64,000 nucleotides of DNA, taken from Flaccisagitta enflata (taxonomy: Eukaryota). The number at the start of each line of letters is the position of its first letter. Position 1 is the first letter of the stretch. Positions 43,401-61,526 of this stretch are shown here, in pieces. Both the position numbers and the translations under genes were made by a program. The DNA lies in contig OZ231126.1 in NCBI GenBank assembly GCA_965153355.1, positions 47,926,001-47,990,000 on the forward strand, given 5' to 3'. The notes beneath the pieces were generated by a model that worked only from the letters and a program-made list of their open reading frames with translations, did no database searches and was not told where the DNA came from.

Positions 43401-46400
43401 AGACTCCGTCTGTCCAAGAGTCCCAGACTCCGTCTGTCCAAGAGTCCCAGACTCCGTCTGTCGAAGAGTCCCAGACTCCGTCTGTCGAAGAGTCCCAGAC
43501 TCCGTCTGTCGAAGAGTCCCAGACTCCGTCTGTCGAAGAGTCCCAGACTCCGTCTGTCGAAGAGTCCCAGACTCCGTCTGTCGAAGAGTCCCAGACTCCG
43601 TCTGTCGAAGAGTCCCAGACTCCGTCTGTCGAAGAGTCCCAGACTCCGTCTGTCGAAGAGTCCCAGACTCCGTCTGTCGAAGAGTCCCAGACTCCGTCTG
43701 TCGAAGAGTCCCAGACTCCGTCTGTCGAAGAGTCCCAGACTCCGTCTATCGAAGAGTCCCAGACTCCGTCTATCGAAGAGTCCCAGACTCCGTCTATCGA
43801 AGAGTCCCAGACTCCGTCTGTCGAAGAGCAAGCCCAACATTCACATCATTGCTCAGATTTGAACTTTGATCCTCTTTGGCAGACTAAACAAGATGCAAAA
43901 GCTATGGAAAATGATGATAAAGAATGCAAGAAATATCAATCCGCAGGCAACAAGGAAGAGGATTTTGGACATTCAGATGAAAATAAAAAAGAATTGGATT
44001 GCATCGAAAATAATGCAGAAACCTTCAATAGTGGCAGTTGTGGCAAGAGCAGATACAGTGGTAGCAACTTAAATAAAGTTATCAAGTTCATTGAAAATTC
44101 AGTGCCAAATTTGAACTCAAACCCTTTTCCCAAACCTGTGCATGACTCCAAAAAAATACCTAAGATTGAAGCAGAAGCACCACCCAGACCCACAGAAAAT
44201 GCTCTTCACAACTCAAGGGGGAATAAAATAGTGTATCACGGATCATCATTACAAGGCAGTGAAGCCTTAATTGAGATAACAAATATGAGTCTACATTTTC
44301 ATGATATCTCAGAAAAGAATGAGGTTGCAGAAAACCAAGTTTTTATGCCACTGAATCATGGCGCACCAGATCATGATGCACTTGACCGTGGCAGAATTGA
44401 CCATATCGCACTCAATCATAGCACACTTGATCATAGCTCAATAAGTCTTTGGAAACTCAAACCTCACATTACATCTGATGCTTATGACAATCAAGTTCCT
44501 GAACGTTGTGCAATTGATTGTGCACTTGAGGATTGCACACTTGAAAATTGTGAACTGGACTACTCTGCACAAAGCAATTGCGCCCTGAATCTTGAACATG
44601 ACATTTGCGCCCTGGACAGTTGCGCACTTGATAAACTGGTATTTGTGCTGAAAACAGAATGGGAAAGTGATCCTAGATTACCCATATCCACAGAGAAGGC
44701 ACATAACAGCTACTCAAGGGGGAATGAAAATCTATGTCAGAGGATATCAATGAAAAATCAAGGTCTGAATAGAATGTCAACCGGCAATGTAAATTTTCAT
44801 AATACCTCAGGGGGAAAGAAGGATGTGGTAGAGAATGAAGATTTAATGAGGAATGATGAAAATGTACTATTTGAAATCAAGGAACGCACGACCAAACTCA
44901 TTAATGACAAACCTGTGCCAGATGCAGGGACCATGTATGAGCATGAGAAATCACTAAAACCTGAACCATGTCCCAAATGTGGGGAAAACCTCCTTGGCAA
45001 ACCTGCGATCAAGCTAGAACTTGGGGACAGACTATCTAATTACACATCACCAGGAAATCAGGATAAAGAGAACAACACAACAGATAAAGCACTTATCACC
45101 AATGTAATCGAGAATGAAAGGAGCAACCTTGCCTGTGGCATCGGTATGTCTGAGGATCACGCTCTTATCAACTGTGCCCTAGACAGTCAGGCTCATAGCA
45201 ATTGTGTTGTCTACAATCCTGCTCACAGCGAATGTTTGTTTGATGGCCCTAGACCCAAAGATAGTGCAATTGAAGATGGTGCACCAAAGGATTGTCAAAT
45301 AGAAGGTTGGGCACTCAAAGGTGCGCTCCAAGATCCTGCGCTCCAAGATCCTGCGCTCCAAGATCCTGCGCTCCAAGATCCTGCGCTCCAAGACTGTGCT
45401 CTCAATGAACAGGCTATCAGCAATCAGGCGCTCCAAGATCCTGCGCTCCAAGATCCTGCGCTCCAAGATCCTGCGCTTCAAGATCCTGCGCTCCAAGATC
45501 CTGCGCTTCAAGATCCTGCGCTTCAAGATCCTGCGCTCCAAGATCCTGCGCTCCAAGATCCTGCGCCCCAAGATCCTGCGCTCCAAGACTGTGCTCTCAA
45601 TGAACAGGCTATCAGCAATCAGGCGCTCCAAGATCCTGCGCTCCAAGATCCTGCACTCCAAGTTCCTGCGCTCCAAGATCCTGCGCTCCAAGATCCTGCG
45701 CTCCAAGATCCTGAGCTCCAAGATCCTGCGCTCCAAGATCCTGCGCTCCAAGATCCTGCGCTCCAAGATCCTGCGCTCCAAGATCCTGCGCTCCAAGATC
45801 CTGCGCTCCAAGATCCTGCGCTCCAAGATCCTGCGCTCCAAGATCCTGCGCTCCAAGATCCTGCGCTCCAAGATCCTGCGCTCCAAGACTGTGCTCTCAA
45901 TGAACAGGTGCTCAGCAATCAGGCACTTAACCATAAGCTGCTCAACAGTAAGGCGCTTAACACCCTGACCCTTAACAATCAGGTGCTGAAGGATCAGGCT
46001 CTCTATGATCAGGTTCCCAAGTATCAAGCACTCAAGGACCAGGCACTGAACAATCGGGCACTGAACATTCAAGCACTCATGAAACATACATTTGATGAGA
46101 ATGCACTTGTTGACCCTACCTTCAATGATCATTCACTCCATGAACAGGTGCCTGACATATGCGACTCCAGCACTTTTACATCTAATAAGCGGGTTGTAAA
46201 ACAGCTTCAGTGCAAGAAGCCTACCAAAAAGTATCAACCCCCAAGCTTAATTGGCAGCAATGGTAACAAGTCAATGAATAAGAATGGAAGCACAGATAAA
46301 ATCACTTGCTGGCGCAAAGCTGCTGAGAGAGTGGAGGATCAGGGAGGTTACATGAATGCAGCCCAGACAGCTTATGAAGCCACAAATGCCAGGAATGCCA

Positions 46401-47407
46401 GAGGTAAGTATGGTGTACCCTGCGATTTGTTGTGTCAGAGCTCTATACTCATTCTCCTTGCATTTCTTATGACAATTTTCTCTTCACCAAATTGCACAAT
46501 GAAGATCAATCAAGTTGAAATGAAAGCACATGTGAATCACAGGTTGACACCTGGTATTGTAGAAAACTTGCAATACCCCATGAACCAAAAACTTCATCTA
46601 TCAGTTGACAAAAAAAATGTCAAAGTCATCAACCATGTCCAAAATATTGAGATGGATGCTAACAATGGTGATAGAGCAAGCAACAAACCATCAGAAGAAA
46701 ATCAAAGTGAAAAAGTTATGATTTACCCTGAAATGGTAAGATTCGAAGTTGCAGATGCCGTGAAATTCCCACTTCAGTACTTGCAATCATGGTTCCAGAC
46801 CTATCATGGGATGGATAAGAAGGAAAACACCAAGGTCTTTCCCTCTACAACAGTTGACTATCCAGAGACATCCACAACCTGGAAAGACTCTCAGCAAAAA
46901 TCTGCTTTACGAGAAGAGTCAAAAACCAACTTAATCCAGGCAAAGAATGATGGCAGGCATCAAACTATGGAGCAAAAGAGACAACTGGTATACTCAGGCG
47001 ACTGGATAAAGAAAAATGAAAAACCAATTAAAGCACATACTCTTGCAGTCTTAAAAATTCACAGTACAAACAGCGAGCTGCCAGTTGGAAAGGGGAAATT
47101 CAAAGGTGAAAAGCACTCATCTTTAGCTGTAATATCAAAAGCAAAGATGCACGATATCAAATTGGCAATTGAAACTATCCATACTGGTGGACTTGAGATG
47201 AAATTTGGCCAAGGATTCAACAATCACAGCAAAACAATTGGTATGGATTCGAAGTTATTGGGCAAAAGTGAGGGTGCACAGCAAAGGAAAACCACTGACA
47301 AACTCAACGGTCAGAGAAATGTCTACAAATGGTGCGAGCAAACACTGAAGAAGCAAGCACCTTCAAAGACAGCCACCCAGAATCGGATGCGACAAAAGTT
47401 GTTTTAG
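40442..47407 (+). CDS. Giant (~2320-aa) repeat-expanded, catalytically degenerate Gag-Pol-derived protein
   Basis: Stop-free ~7-kb ORF. Vestigial motifs occur in gypsy order: FDPRMENW; INDKPVPDAG..NLLGK; KPTKKYQPPSLIG; YGVPCDLLCQ..LAF..NQVEMKA..LQYPMNQKLHLSVDKK..VADAVKFPL; SELPVGKG..IHTGG. Similarity judged by eye. Confidence 0.75.
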   Translation: MGLNEMMKPSKSESIYVDALWSSIEMAKLAQEEANQWRKGTKNEAGHNQNWEALFDSYGMPEPNSGLASVGANLKSKSKHEFDESYLWNREVKPTETRQTQPLIEYVPSNQATNSRADNYQVTDNNGFYDKRSENKDVFGWESPDTGPSQKSNCDLDPLKYCKEQYTRQDWGNNSVENPLQKQEWQAEICGFGFVSENESESESESESESESESESESESKSKAESEVESEVEYCGTNYDLSHSIDQLDRLRLQPHAKSIPSFSSQATRETNKWRMDTMKKIDCNQGWRTPNDSTVMMTKYSWALRQPDIPQMQPNSDNPQGLAFDDHMDISQMIDEDGFFDPRMENWAIFRCAPQNKGNSGMALMSCCTEQQSHKDLGNDCSLNSVNKQAWQAPISIYESGSDSEYESESESVTSETPSVTESVAESEILFVAKSVSVDVSESVNEPIDESETESVDESQTESVAESESVAESETESVAESETESVAESETESAAESETESVAESKTESVAESKTESVAESKTESVAESKTESVAESETQSVAESKNPSVAESKTPSVAESKTPSVAESKTPSVAESKTLSVTESKTPYVVESKTPYVVETKTPSVAESKTPSVAESKTPSVAESKTPSVAESKTPSVAESKTPSVAESKTPSVAESKTPSVAESKTPSVAESKTPSVAESKTPSVAESEIESVAEYKTPSFSESKTLSVPESETPPVAESETPSVAESETPSVAESETPSVAESETPSVAESETPSVAESETPSVAESETPSVAESETPSVAESETPSVAESETPSVAESETPSVAESETPSVAESETPSVAESETPSVAESKTASVAESETASVAESETASVAESETASVAESETASVAESETASVAESETASVAESETASVAESQTPSVEESQTPSVEESQTPSVEESQTPSVEESQTPSVEESQTPSVEESQTPSVEESQTPSVEESQTPSVEESQTPSVEESQTPSVEESQTPSVQESQTPSVQESQTPSVEESQTPSVEESQTPSVEESQTPSVEESQTPSVEESQTPSVEESQTPSVEESQTPSVEESQTPSVEESQTPSVEESQTPSVEESQTPSVEESQTPSIEESQTPSIEESQTPSIEESQTPSVEEQAQHSHHCSDLNFDPLWQTKQDAKAMENDDKECKKYQSAGNKEEDFGHSDENKKELDCIENNAETFNSGSCGKSRYSGSNLNKVIKFIENSVPNLNSNPFPKPVHDSKKIPKIEAEAPPRPTENALHNSRGNKIVYHGSSLQGSEALIEITNMSLHFHDISEKNEVAENQVFMPLNHGAPDHDALDRGRIDHIALNHSTLDHSSISLWKLKPHITSDAYDNQVPERCAIDCALEDCTLENCELDYSAQSNCALNLEHDICALDSCALDKLVFVLKTEWESDPRLPISTEKAHNSYSRGNENLCQRISMKNQGLNRMSTGNVNFHNTSGGKKDVVENEDLMRNDENVLFEIKERTTKLINDKPVPDAGTMYEHEKSLKPEPCPKCGENLLGKPAIKLELGDRLSNYTSPGNQDKENNTTDKALITNVIENERSNLACGIGMSEDHALINCALDSQAHSNCVVYNPAHSECLFDGPRPKDSAIEDGAPKDCQIEGWALKGALQDPALQDPALQDPALQDPALQDCALNEQAISNQALQDPALQDPALQDPALQDPALQDPALQDPALQDPALQDPALQDPAPQDPALQDCALNEQAISNQALQDPALQDPALQVPALQDPALQDPALQDPELQDPALQDPALQDPALQDPALQDPALQDPALQDPALQDPALQDPALQDPALQDPALQDCALNEQVLSNQALNHKLLNSKALNTLTLNNQVLKDQALYDQVPKYQALKDQALNNRALNIQALMKHTFDENALVDPTFNDHSLHEQVPDICDSSTFTSNKRVVKQLQCKKPTKKYQPPSLIGSNGNKSMNKNGSTDKITCWRKAAERVEDQGGYMNAAQTAYEATNARNARGKYGVPCDLLCQSSILILLAFLMTIFSSPNCTMKINQVEMKAHVNHRLTPGIVENLQYPMNQKLHLSVDKKNVKVINHVQNIEMDANNGDRASNKPSEENQSEKVMIYPEMVRFEVADAVKFPLQYLQSWFQTYHGMDKKENTKVFPSTTVDYPETSTTWKDSQQKSALREESKTNLIQAKNDGRHQTMEQKRQLVYSGDWIKKNEKPIKAHTLAVLKIHSTNSELPVGKGKFKGEKHSSLAVISKAKMHDIKLAIETIHTGGLEMKFGQGFNNHSKTIGMDSKLLGKSEGAQQRKTTDKLNGQRNVYKWCEQTLKKQAPSKTATQNRMRQKLF
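41826..43827 (+). repeat. ~80 x 24-bp coding repeat, (E/K/Q)T(P/E/A)SV(A/E)ES
   Basis: Direct reading, in frame. Confidence 0.95.
45322..45900 (+). repeat. 15-bp coding repeat (ALQDP)n with a CALNEQ higher-order unit
   Basis: GCGCTCCAAGATCCT units. Confidence 0.95.
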
Positions 47408-48684
47408 CTCAACATCAGCCATCGCGATTAGGTGTCCATCAAACTGTCCCACAAGAAACAAAAGGACTATGTCAGATTGTATTGAAAATAAGTAATACAT
47501 CAATCAAAATTTTGAGATTCACTATCATTGTATATAACTAGGAATCAAGGCAATTGTGATCTGTTGAAGTTAAAGCTCTTGGATGTAGATTTAACTCCAA
47601 CTCTTATAAGAGATAACCCCGCCAAGCTAATGCCGACCCTACTAAGCTTTTGGACACTTGAAGCAGACTCAAAAAGCCTGAGTTCAATCTCACCCAAGTA
47701 GAAAGATGCATGAACTGTCATTTTGTTAAATGGTGCACTCCCAGACGGTGCACTCCCAGACGGTGCACTCCCAGACGGTGCACTCCCAGACGGTGCACTC
47801 CCAGACGGTGCACTCCCAGACGGTGCACTCCCAGACGGTGCACTCCCAGACGGTGCACTCCCAGACGGTACACTCCCAGACAATGCACTCCCAGACGGTT
47901 CACTCCCAGATGGTGCACTCCTAGATGGTGCACTCCTAGATGGTGCACTCCTAGACAGTGCACTGCCAGACGGTGCACTCCCAGACGGTACACTCCCAGA
48001 TGGTGCACTCCCAGGTGGTGTACTCCCAGACAGCACACTCCCAGACAGTGCACTCCAAAAGTGTGCACTCCAAGACAGTGGTAAGAATCCAGACTCAGAA
48101 TGGCAATTGTAAAAGGGATCACCCAGTCGAAGAAGGCATGAACTGTGAAATTTACAAACGCCACACACAAATAATGTACGGGGTTTTACTGATTTTTGCC
48201 ACGGTTAAGAAAAATAAATCAGACTAGACATCGACTCGAGGGTGTCTGAAAAATGACTGAAACATTGACTAGTCGGAAGTTAACATGATACAGTATAAAT
48301 ATGCAAGAAAGGAGCACTGGAAAATAACGAATGCCTAACTTTGAAGGGGAATCAGGGCGTATCACGCGCAATTGAGGGATCTTGCAAATCATGTGATGTA
48401 ACCAAAGGAATTTGGGTCCTGCCTCAAAGCATAGTTGATAGCGTTATGCAGTTGGCTGCTTGAGCAATACTGAGGAAGTCATGGCTACGATTAGAATTAC
48501 CTTGAGGGCATTTGTTCTAGGAAACACAATTTAGCTTTAGAACTACTCTTTCTCCATCCTCACAGATGGATTCCGGCAACGATTTTTAAGCGAATGATCC
48601 GTATCGCTGCCATTAACAAAAGGCAAGCAACCGATCGATGCTATGTCGAAGCCAAGCGGCGTATGGCGACGTCGTGAAAAATGA
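47408..48684 (+). pseudogene. Decayed integrase remnant interrupted by a 15-bp (GALPD)n array (47731-48075)
   Basis: TPTLIRDNPAKL (cf. IVSDNGPQF); LRAFVLGNTI*L*NYS, RWIPATI and PSGVWRR (cf. gypsy IN C-terminus), with stops and frameshifts. Confidence 0.5.
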
Positions 48685-50125
48685 CACAGTTCTCGCAAAG
48701 GTGACAGAGGAATTGGACCTTGACAAATCAATTGCATAGAGTATGGATTACAGAGAAATGCGTGGTTCCACTGCTGCAATTTTGCTAGGATTTGATATTT
48801 GACATCTGAAGAGCCAAGCGGCGGCGGAAGGCGACGCTGCAAAAACAAATGACAGTCAAAGTGGAAAGAGACATAAGGGTGACAGACCTTCCAGAAAAGA
48901 ACTTGGGAGGAAAAGCGAGGTTCTACTGCGGCAATCAAGATTTACTGCAGCTTGATAATCTTGTGGCTAATCTTGACAAGACGTTTAAGGCAAGCAAGTC
49001 AAGATACTAGTTCATTCATAAGTTGAAGTACATTTCAAACAGGTCAGGATGAGAGGTAGTCATGAGCAAATATATACACCTGATAACTCTATGGCAGGAG
49101 GCCACTTAAATGAGAGGAAATAATGGCTATGCTAAAATACCTCGAAGGTGAAGGGCTGAGCTGCAAGTTTGTCCGTGTTCTGCAGCTTAATCTACAAATA
49201 AGATTTGGGAAGCTGTGATATTTGGTTAAATATACAGGGCTTGGGCCTAAATTTATACACCTATGTCTTTTATACTCTATTCAGATAGGCTCTTTGTTAC
49301 TGGAAAGTAAGTTTTTGTTTTTATTTTTTTTGCATCAAAATTAGATTATTTTTAATCATGCCCATATAGCCTCGGCCTTGGTAATGAAACTATGGAATAG
49401 CATGAAACTAATTTTGTAGTGACATGTGAGACAGTTTGATTGAAGGACGCTAATACTTTATGCTCGATGATAGACTATTTCAGAATTGGATCAATGGCTT
49501 ATTGCGACTAAATTTTCACCTTAATCACTCATGATTAAACAAGGCAACGTTTCATATTTAGAATTTGACAATAGTTGGTGTTTAAAAAGATGTAGTTCCT
49601 TATATTGTTCTTAGTAAAGAATTTCCTTTATTGTCTTTTCAAAACTATATTGCTAGAGAAATCATTTTGTCATGAAAGCCATAGTTAAGTCTAACATTCA
49701 TGATGAATGAAATATTCTCAGGAAATTATTGGTGGCGATAAATTACAACCCTCCTTATGATACTGACATAATCTTCCTCTATAACACAATGTTGTTAGAT
49801 TTTTTTTCATTATTTTTTTTTGGTTTCAGGTAACTATGTGTGTAAATAAACTGTTTATTCAATCATGATTCTGAGGAAAGCTGATTTATGATTTTATCCT
49901 TCTTTTCTTTCTTTTAAACTTGAGATTGGAAATTTTGAATCCTTCAATGTTCCCTATTGTTTTCAAAGCTGCTTAAATCCATTTTTGACATGTCTTTGAT
50001 TTAATTCAGTTACCTTCAGATCAATGATTTTAATTCTCTTGGATACAGGATTTCCTTTATCTTTGTAAATGCTTGAATGTTTTTGCTGAATGTTGCTATT
50101 TGCTTTGTCCTCCAACCACTTATTC

Positions 50126-50134
50126 AAGGGGGAA
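50126..50134 (+). promoter_or_regulatory. Polypurine tract
   Basis: AAGGGGGAA two nt before the 3' LTR. Confidence 0.85.
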
Positions 50135-50136
50135 TC

Positions 50137-50815
50137 TGTCGTAAATGTGAAAAGCCTCAAAACCTGTATAATAGTGACTCTACCTCATATTTACCGCTTT
50201 TTGTGAAGAAGTGGTTGGATGCAACTAGAGTAGCGTGGTCAGGAGCTGAATGCATGCAAATGTACCCTCGATCTTACAACTACCTTGCAACTCTTGTGCA
50301 TCGATGTTGCGTGTTTGCAACTTAACCTCATGGATGATCAACTTCATGAAGAGGAGACTAGAATGCAACTACCTCTTGCTCATGGAGTAAGCTTCTTCTT
50401 GAAGGAAGAGGCTAACTGTAGGACTATAAAAGAGTGGTTGATCATCCATCGGGGCTCACTCTTTAACTGAGGCCAGTCACTGTAACATCTTGTGACTGAA
50501 CTAAATGAACCATCAATCCTCAACAAATAACATCAATAGTCAACATTTGATATCAATTAACAACAATTACCATCGATTATCTTGCATTGTCTACCATTTG
50601 TCATCGCCATCAAATAAATATCATCTATCATCAACTGCGTCTTTGTCAAATAAAACCGAGTCTTGTAATCAAAGACAATCTCTTCTCTTTTCAACCATCG
50701 TTTAAACAACAAACTATAGACAGTGTAATCAATCAATCAATCAGTCAGTAAAATCGTGTAAACCCATATCTCATGCCCTATAGCGTTGCCAACTGGTTAG
50801 AACGTCATTAACTCA
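50137..50815 (+). repeat. 3' LTR
   Basis: Same sequence as 35194-35872; followed by GAAA. Confidence 0.95.
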
Positions 50816-51663
50816 GAAATTCTTGATATAACTGGCAAAAAAATATTTTTTATCATGCTATTATTTTTTTTCATGACGGAAGTTTTTGAAACACAATACT
50901 TATACTTTAGTGCCTTGCTAATATCCTTCATACTTAAAATTTTGATTAGCTATTTAGCAAAAAATAAGGCCAAAATTACCCCATTTCTTATGTCACACTG
51001 ATGTCACACTCATAACCACTATGAAAAAGACATAAAAAAATCATTAAGCCTACCGAAATACAGGTTTTTTTTGTTTAGTTGCAATCCCTGAGAAAGAACT
51101 AAAGATTTGATGGTGTCCAGTTGTCATTTACTATGGAAAAATTTGACTTACAGTTGATAGGTCCAAAATGATGATTTTTTCTGATTTTGACAAATAGAAG
51201 TATCCTATACTTTAAAGGGCAATATCTTACATATTATTTAAAAATTTTTTTCCCCCTTCAGTACAGACATAACCCAAGTCACATACAAAATTTCAGACCT
51301 TAATGTTGATTCTAGCCGGAGATATTGATTTTTGAAGAGAGTGTCTTAATTTATTAACACCCTGTTACGCTTATGTTACTCTGATTATGATGAAAATTAA
51401 CATAGTTGAACACACTTTGAGTATTAGAATATTTTTTTATATGATCGAAAAGAGTATCAAATTCCAAGCATAAGCCTCAAATTTCAGACTATTAGGCGCA
51501 ACCATTATGAAATTATAATATTTTTAGCAATCTTAACGAATTTAGACATCTAATTTCCGCCAGTCTAGATTATTGTGGAAATTGCCTGTATCTGTCTTTC
51601 CGTGCATCTTTGTCTTTAACTTTGTTCGTCATACTTCTTCTTATTCGCTCGGTCAGTTTCTCA

Positions 51664-51756
<93 letters not shown>

Positions 51757-52015
51757 TGTCTCTCTTAGATTTTGTGCACCATAAACTGCGGGCTTAAGTG
51801 CGCTTTATTCATTATAGGCGTTCAGCGGAGCGCAAAAAAACGGGAGAGGGCTGTCGGCAGTTTTATTACTTAAATGTTTTAACGTCTTCATTAAGTCGGT
51901 GCAGTGGCCATTGGCAATGACGATGTCAGCGATGTGAACGCAGATGATGGCACTTCTGGCGTCGGCGACGGAATGACGCTCGTTTCTATGGCGCGCTTTA
52001 AGTCTTAGAGGCGCC

Positions 52016-52082
52016 TATAAAAGGATGGCGCTCGTGCAGAAAGAGAGCGTTTGGCGCCTGTCTTCATAGATTCTGCTCTGAG
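52016..52082 (+). promoter_or_regulatory. TATA box and non-coding first exon of the prokineticin-like gene
   Basis: TATAAAAG at 52016-52023; donor GAG|GTAAGA at 52082/52083. Confidence 0.6.
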
Positions 52083-52245
52083 GTAAGAGGAATGGTTCTA
52101 TCTTCATTAAAGACATTCAGAAATTAAGAAACACATCAGCGCTCGATCTTTCTAGTCACCAAATGTTCATTTCATACATTTTTAAATGCTTTAAATCATA
52201 TTGATTGGCTTTAGTGTAAGAGTAGCTATTTTCAATCTATTAGTA

Positions 52246-52830
52246 CAGTGGGGTTCATGGAATAACAGCCTAAACTGGAGGAAGGTATTTAAGTGTCTTA
52301 ATTTTATTTGACAAACTTGATATTTGAAATATAAGTTGTTCACTAGATGCATTTGTCCCCGAGTTTTTCGGTTGCTATGGAAACCAAAATTATTTTTTCA
52401 AACATTTATAACTACTAAAATATCAATATTTCAAGAAATATTGTCATGGAACATTGCTCAAAGTTAAATTTGCTACAACTTTCCCACAGTATGTTCTGTA
52501 AGAATATTGCTCGTTTGGCCGTTGCTAGGGGGCATCCCACCTAGCAACCGCTAAATGATGCTCCCTAGCAACGGCTAAACGAGCAATATTCTTACAGTTG
52601 TAGCTAATTTAATTCTGAGCAATGTTCCCTGATAATATTCATCAAAATATCAATAATCTAGTTGTTATGAATATTCAAAAAAATAATTTTGGTTTCCATG
52701 GCAACCAAAAAACTAAGGGACAAAAGCATCAAGTGAACAACTTAAATTTCAAATATCAAGTTTGTCAAATGAAATTAAGCCACTTAAATACCTTCCTCCA
52801 GTTTAGGCTGTTATTCTACGAACCCCACTG
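52246..52830. mobile_element. 585-bp near-palindromic Tc1/mariner-type MITE
   Basis: TA-CAGTGGGGTTC...GAACCCCACTG-TA; arms of ~270 bp. Confidence 0.88.
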
Positions 52831-52981
52831 TAAGTTACTGATGGTTCCTATAAGTTAAACAAGTTGTGGTTTTGCAGTATAATCAATAAGATATTTTCTA
52901 TAACTTCTCCAATTTCAAGGGTTTTCAATGCATCAAAAGGCAAGACACGGCGAAGAATTTGCTTTATCTAAGTTGCAGTTC

Positions 52982-60749
<7,768 letters not shown>

Positions 60750-61216
60750 ATTTCGCCCACTTATTTATGTTTTTTTTTCAATTAACTTCTGCAAACTAAA
60801 AAAAACCTATCAAAAAAAAAACAAAACAAAACATATATATGAAATAACGACTGCTCTTCGCTTACTTTTAACTGATTTTGTTTAATGAACAAACTTGCTG
60901 ATTAATGTTTTAACTCTGTTATGTAATTTATCTCTGTTATATAATTTATTTATCATTACCATTGTTCTTTTTGGAAATTTTTGCATGCCTGCTTCCCTTC
61001 AATGACAAACTTTGATAAACTGTACTGGTTCTAACTAGCATTGAAAGCCGTTGATTGCTTATTTTCTGCCACTCATGTCATTTAATCTTTTATAACTATC
61101 TTCACATTAAATTATTTGTTTTTGCTTGTTGGGTTATATCACTTTAAACATAACAGGGGAATCTCGGCTAAATATTCATATGGGCCTCGATATTTTTCAT
61201 CTATTAAAATGAGGGA

Positions 61217-61526
61217 TTATCGTATTATCGTAAAACTAAATGATTTGTTTACTCAACATCATATAGAAGAAAGATGAAAAGTATCTCTTAAGAATCAAAA
61301 ACATTTCCATTGAATTTTCTTCCAAGGGGCCCAATGAGGCCTTTTAAGGTGGGTCATTGTCAACAGAGGGGTTATCGTATTATCGTAAAACTTAATGATT
61401 TGTTTACTCAACATCATATAGAAGAAAGATGAAAAGTATCTCTCAAGAATCAAAAACATTTCCATTGAATTTTCTTCCAAGGGGCCCAATGAGGCCTTTT
61501 AAGGTGGGTCATTGTCAACAGAGGGG
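61217..61526. repeat. 155-bp tandem duplication within an AT-rich, transposon-like tract
   Basis: Two near-identical units starting TTATCGTATTATCG. Confidence 0.9.

Larger units (their letters stand above)
35194..50815 (+). mobile_element. 15.6-kb non-autonomous Ty3/gypsy-type (probably Mag-like) LTR retrotransposon
   Basis: 679-bp TG..CA LTRs with no differences seen by eye; 4-bp TSD GAAA (35190-35193 and 50816-50819); PBS; PPT; no intact RT or IN motifs. Confidence 0.93.

Noticed and set aside
37005-43827. CRISPR-like regular arrays
   Set aside because: Head-to-tail tandem units without unique spacers, no cas genes, and a eukaryotic context.
41760-46132. Alternative-frame and antisense ORFs (SPRLRL, DRRSLGLF, ILERR, SAGSW)
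   Set aside because: Shadows of the 24- and 15-bp coding repeats; they end at or soon after the array edges.
45322-48075. Pentapeptide-repeat (Qnr/MfpA-type) protein
   Set aside because: The period is 5, but ALQDP/GALPD does not fit A(D/N)Lxx and contains proline.
35194-50815. Autonomous or env-bearing retrovirus-like element
   Set aside because: No intact RT, protease or integrase motifs. No signal-peptide/furin/TM env ORF 3' of pol; the one hydrophobic stretch maps to the RNase H-like remnant.
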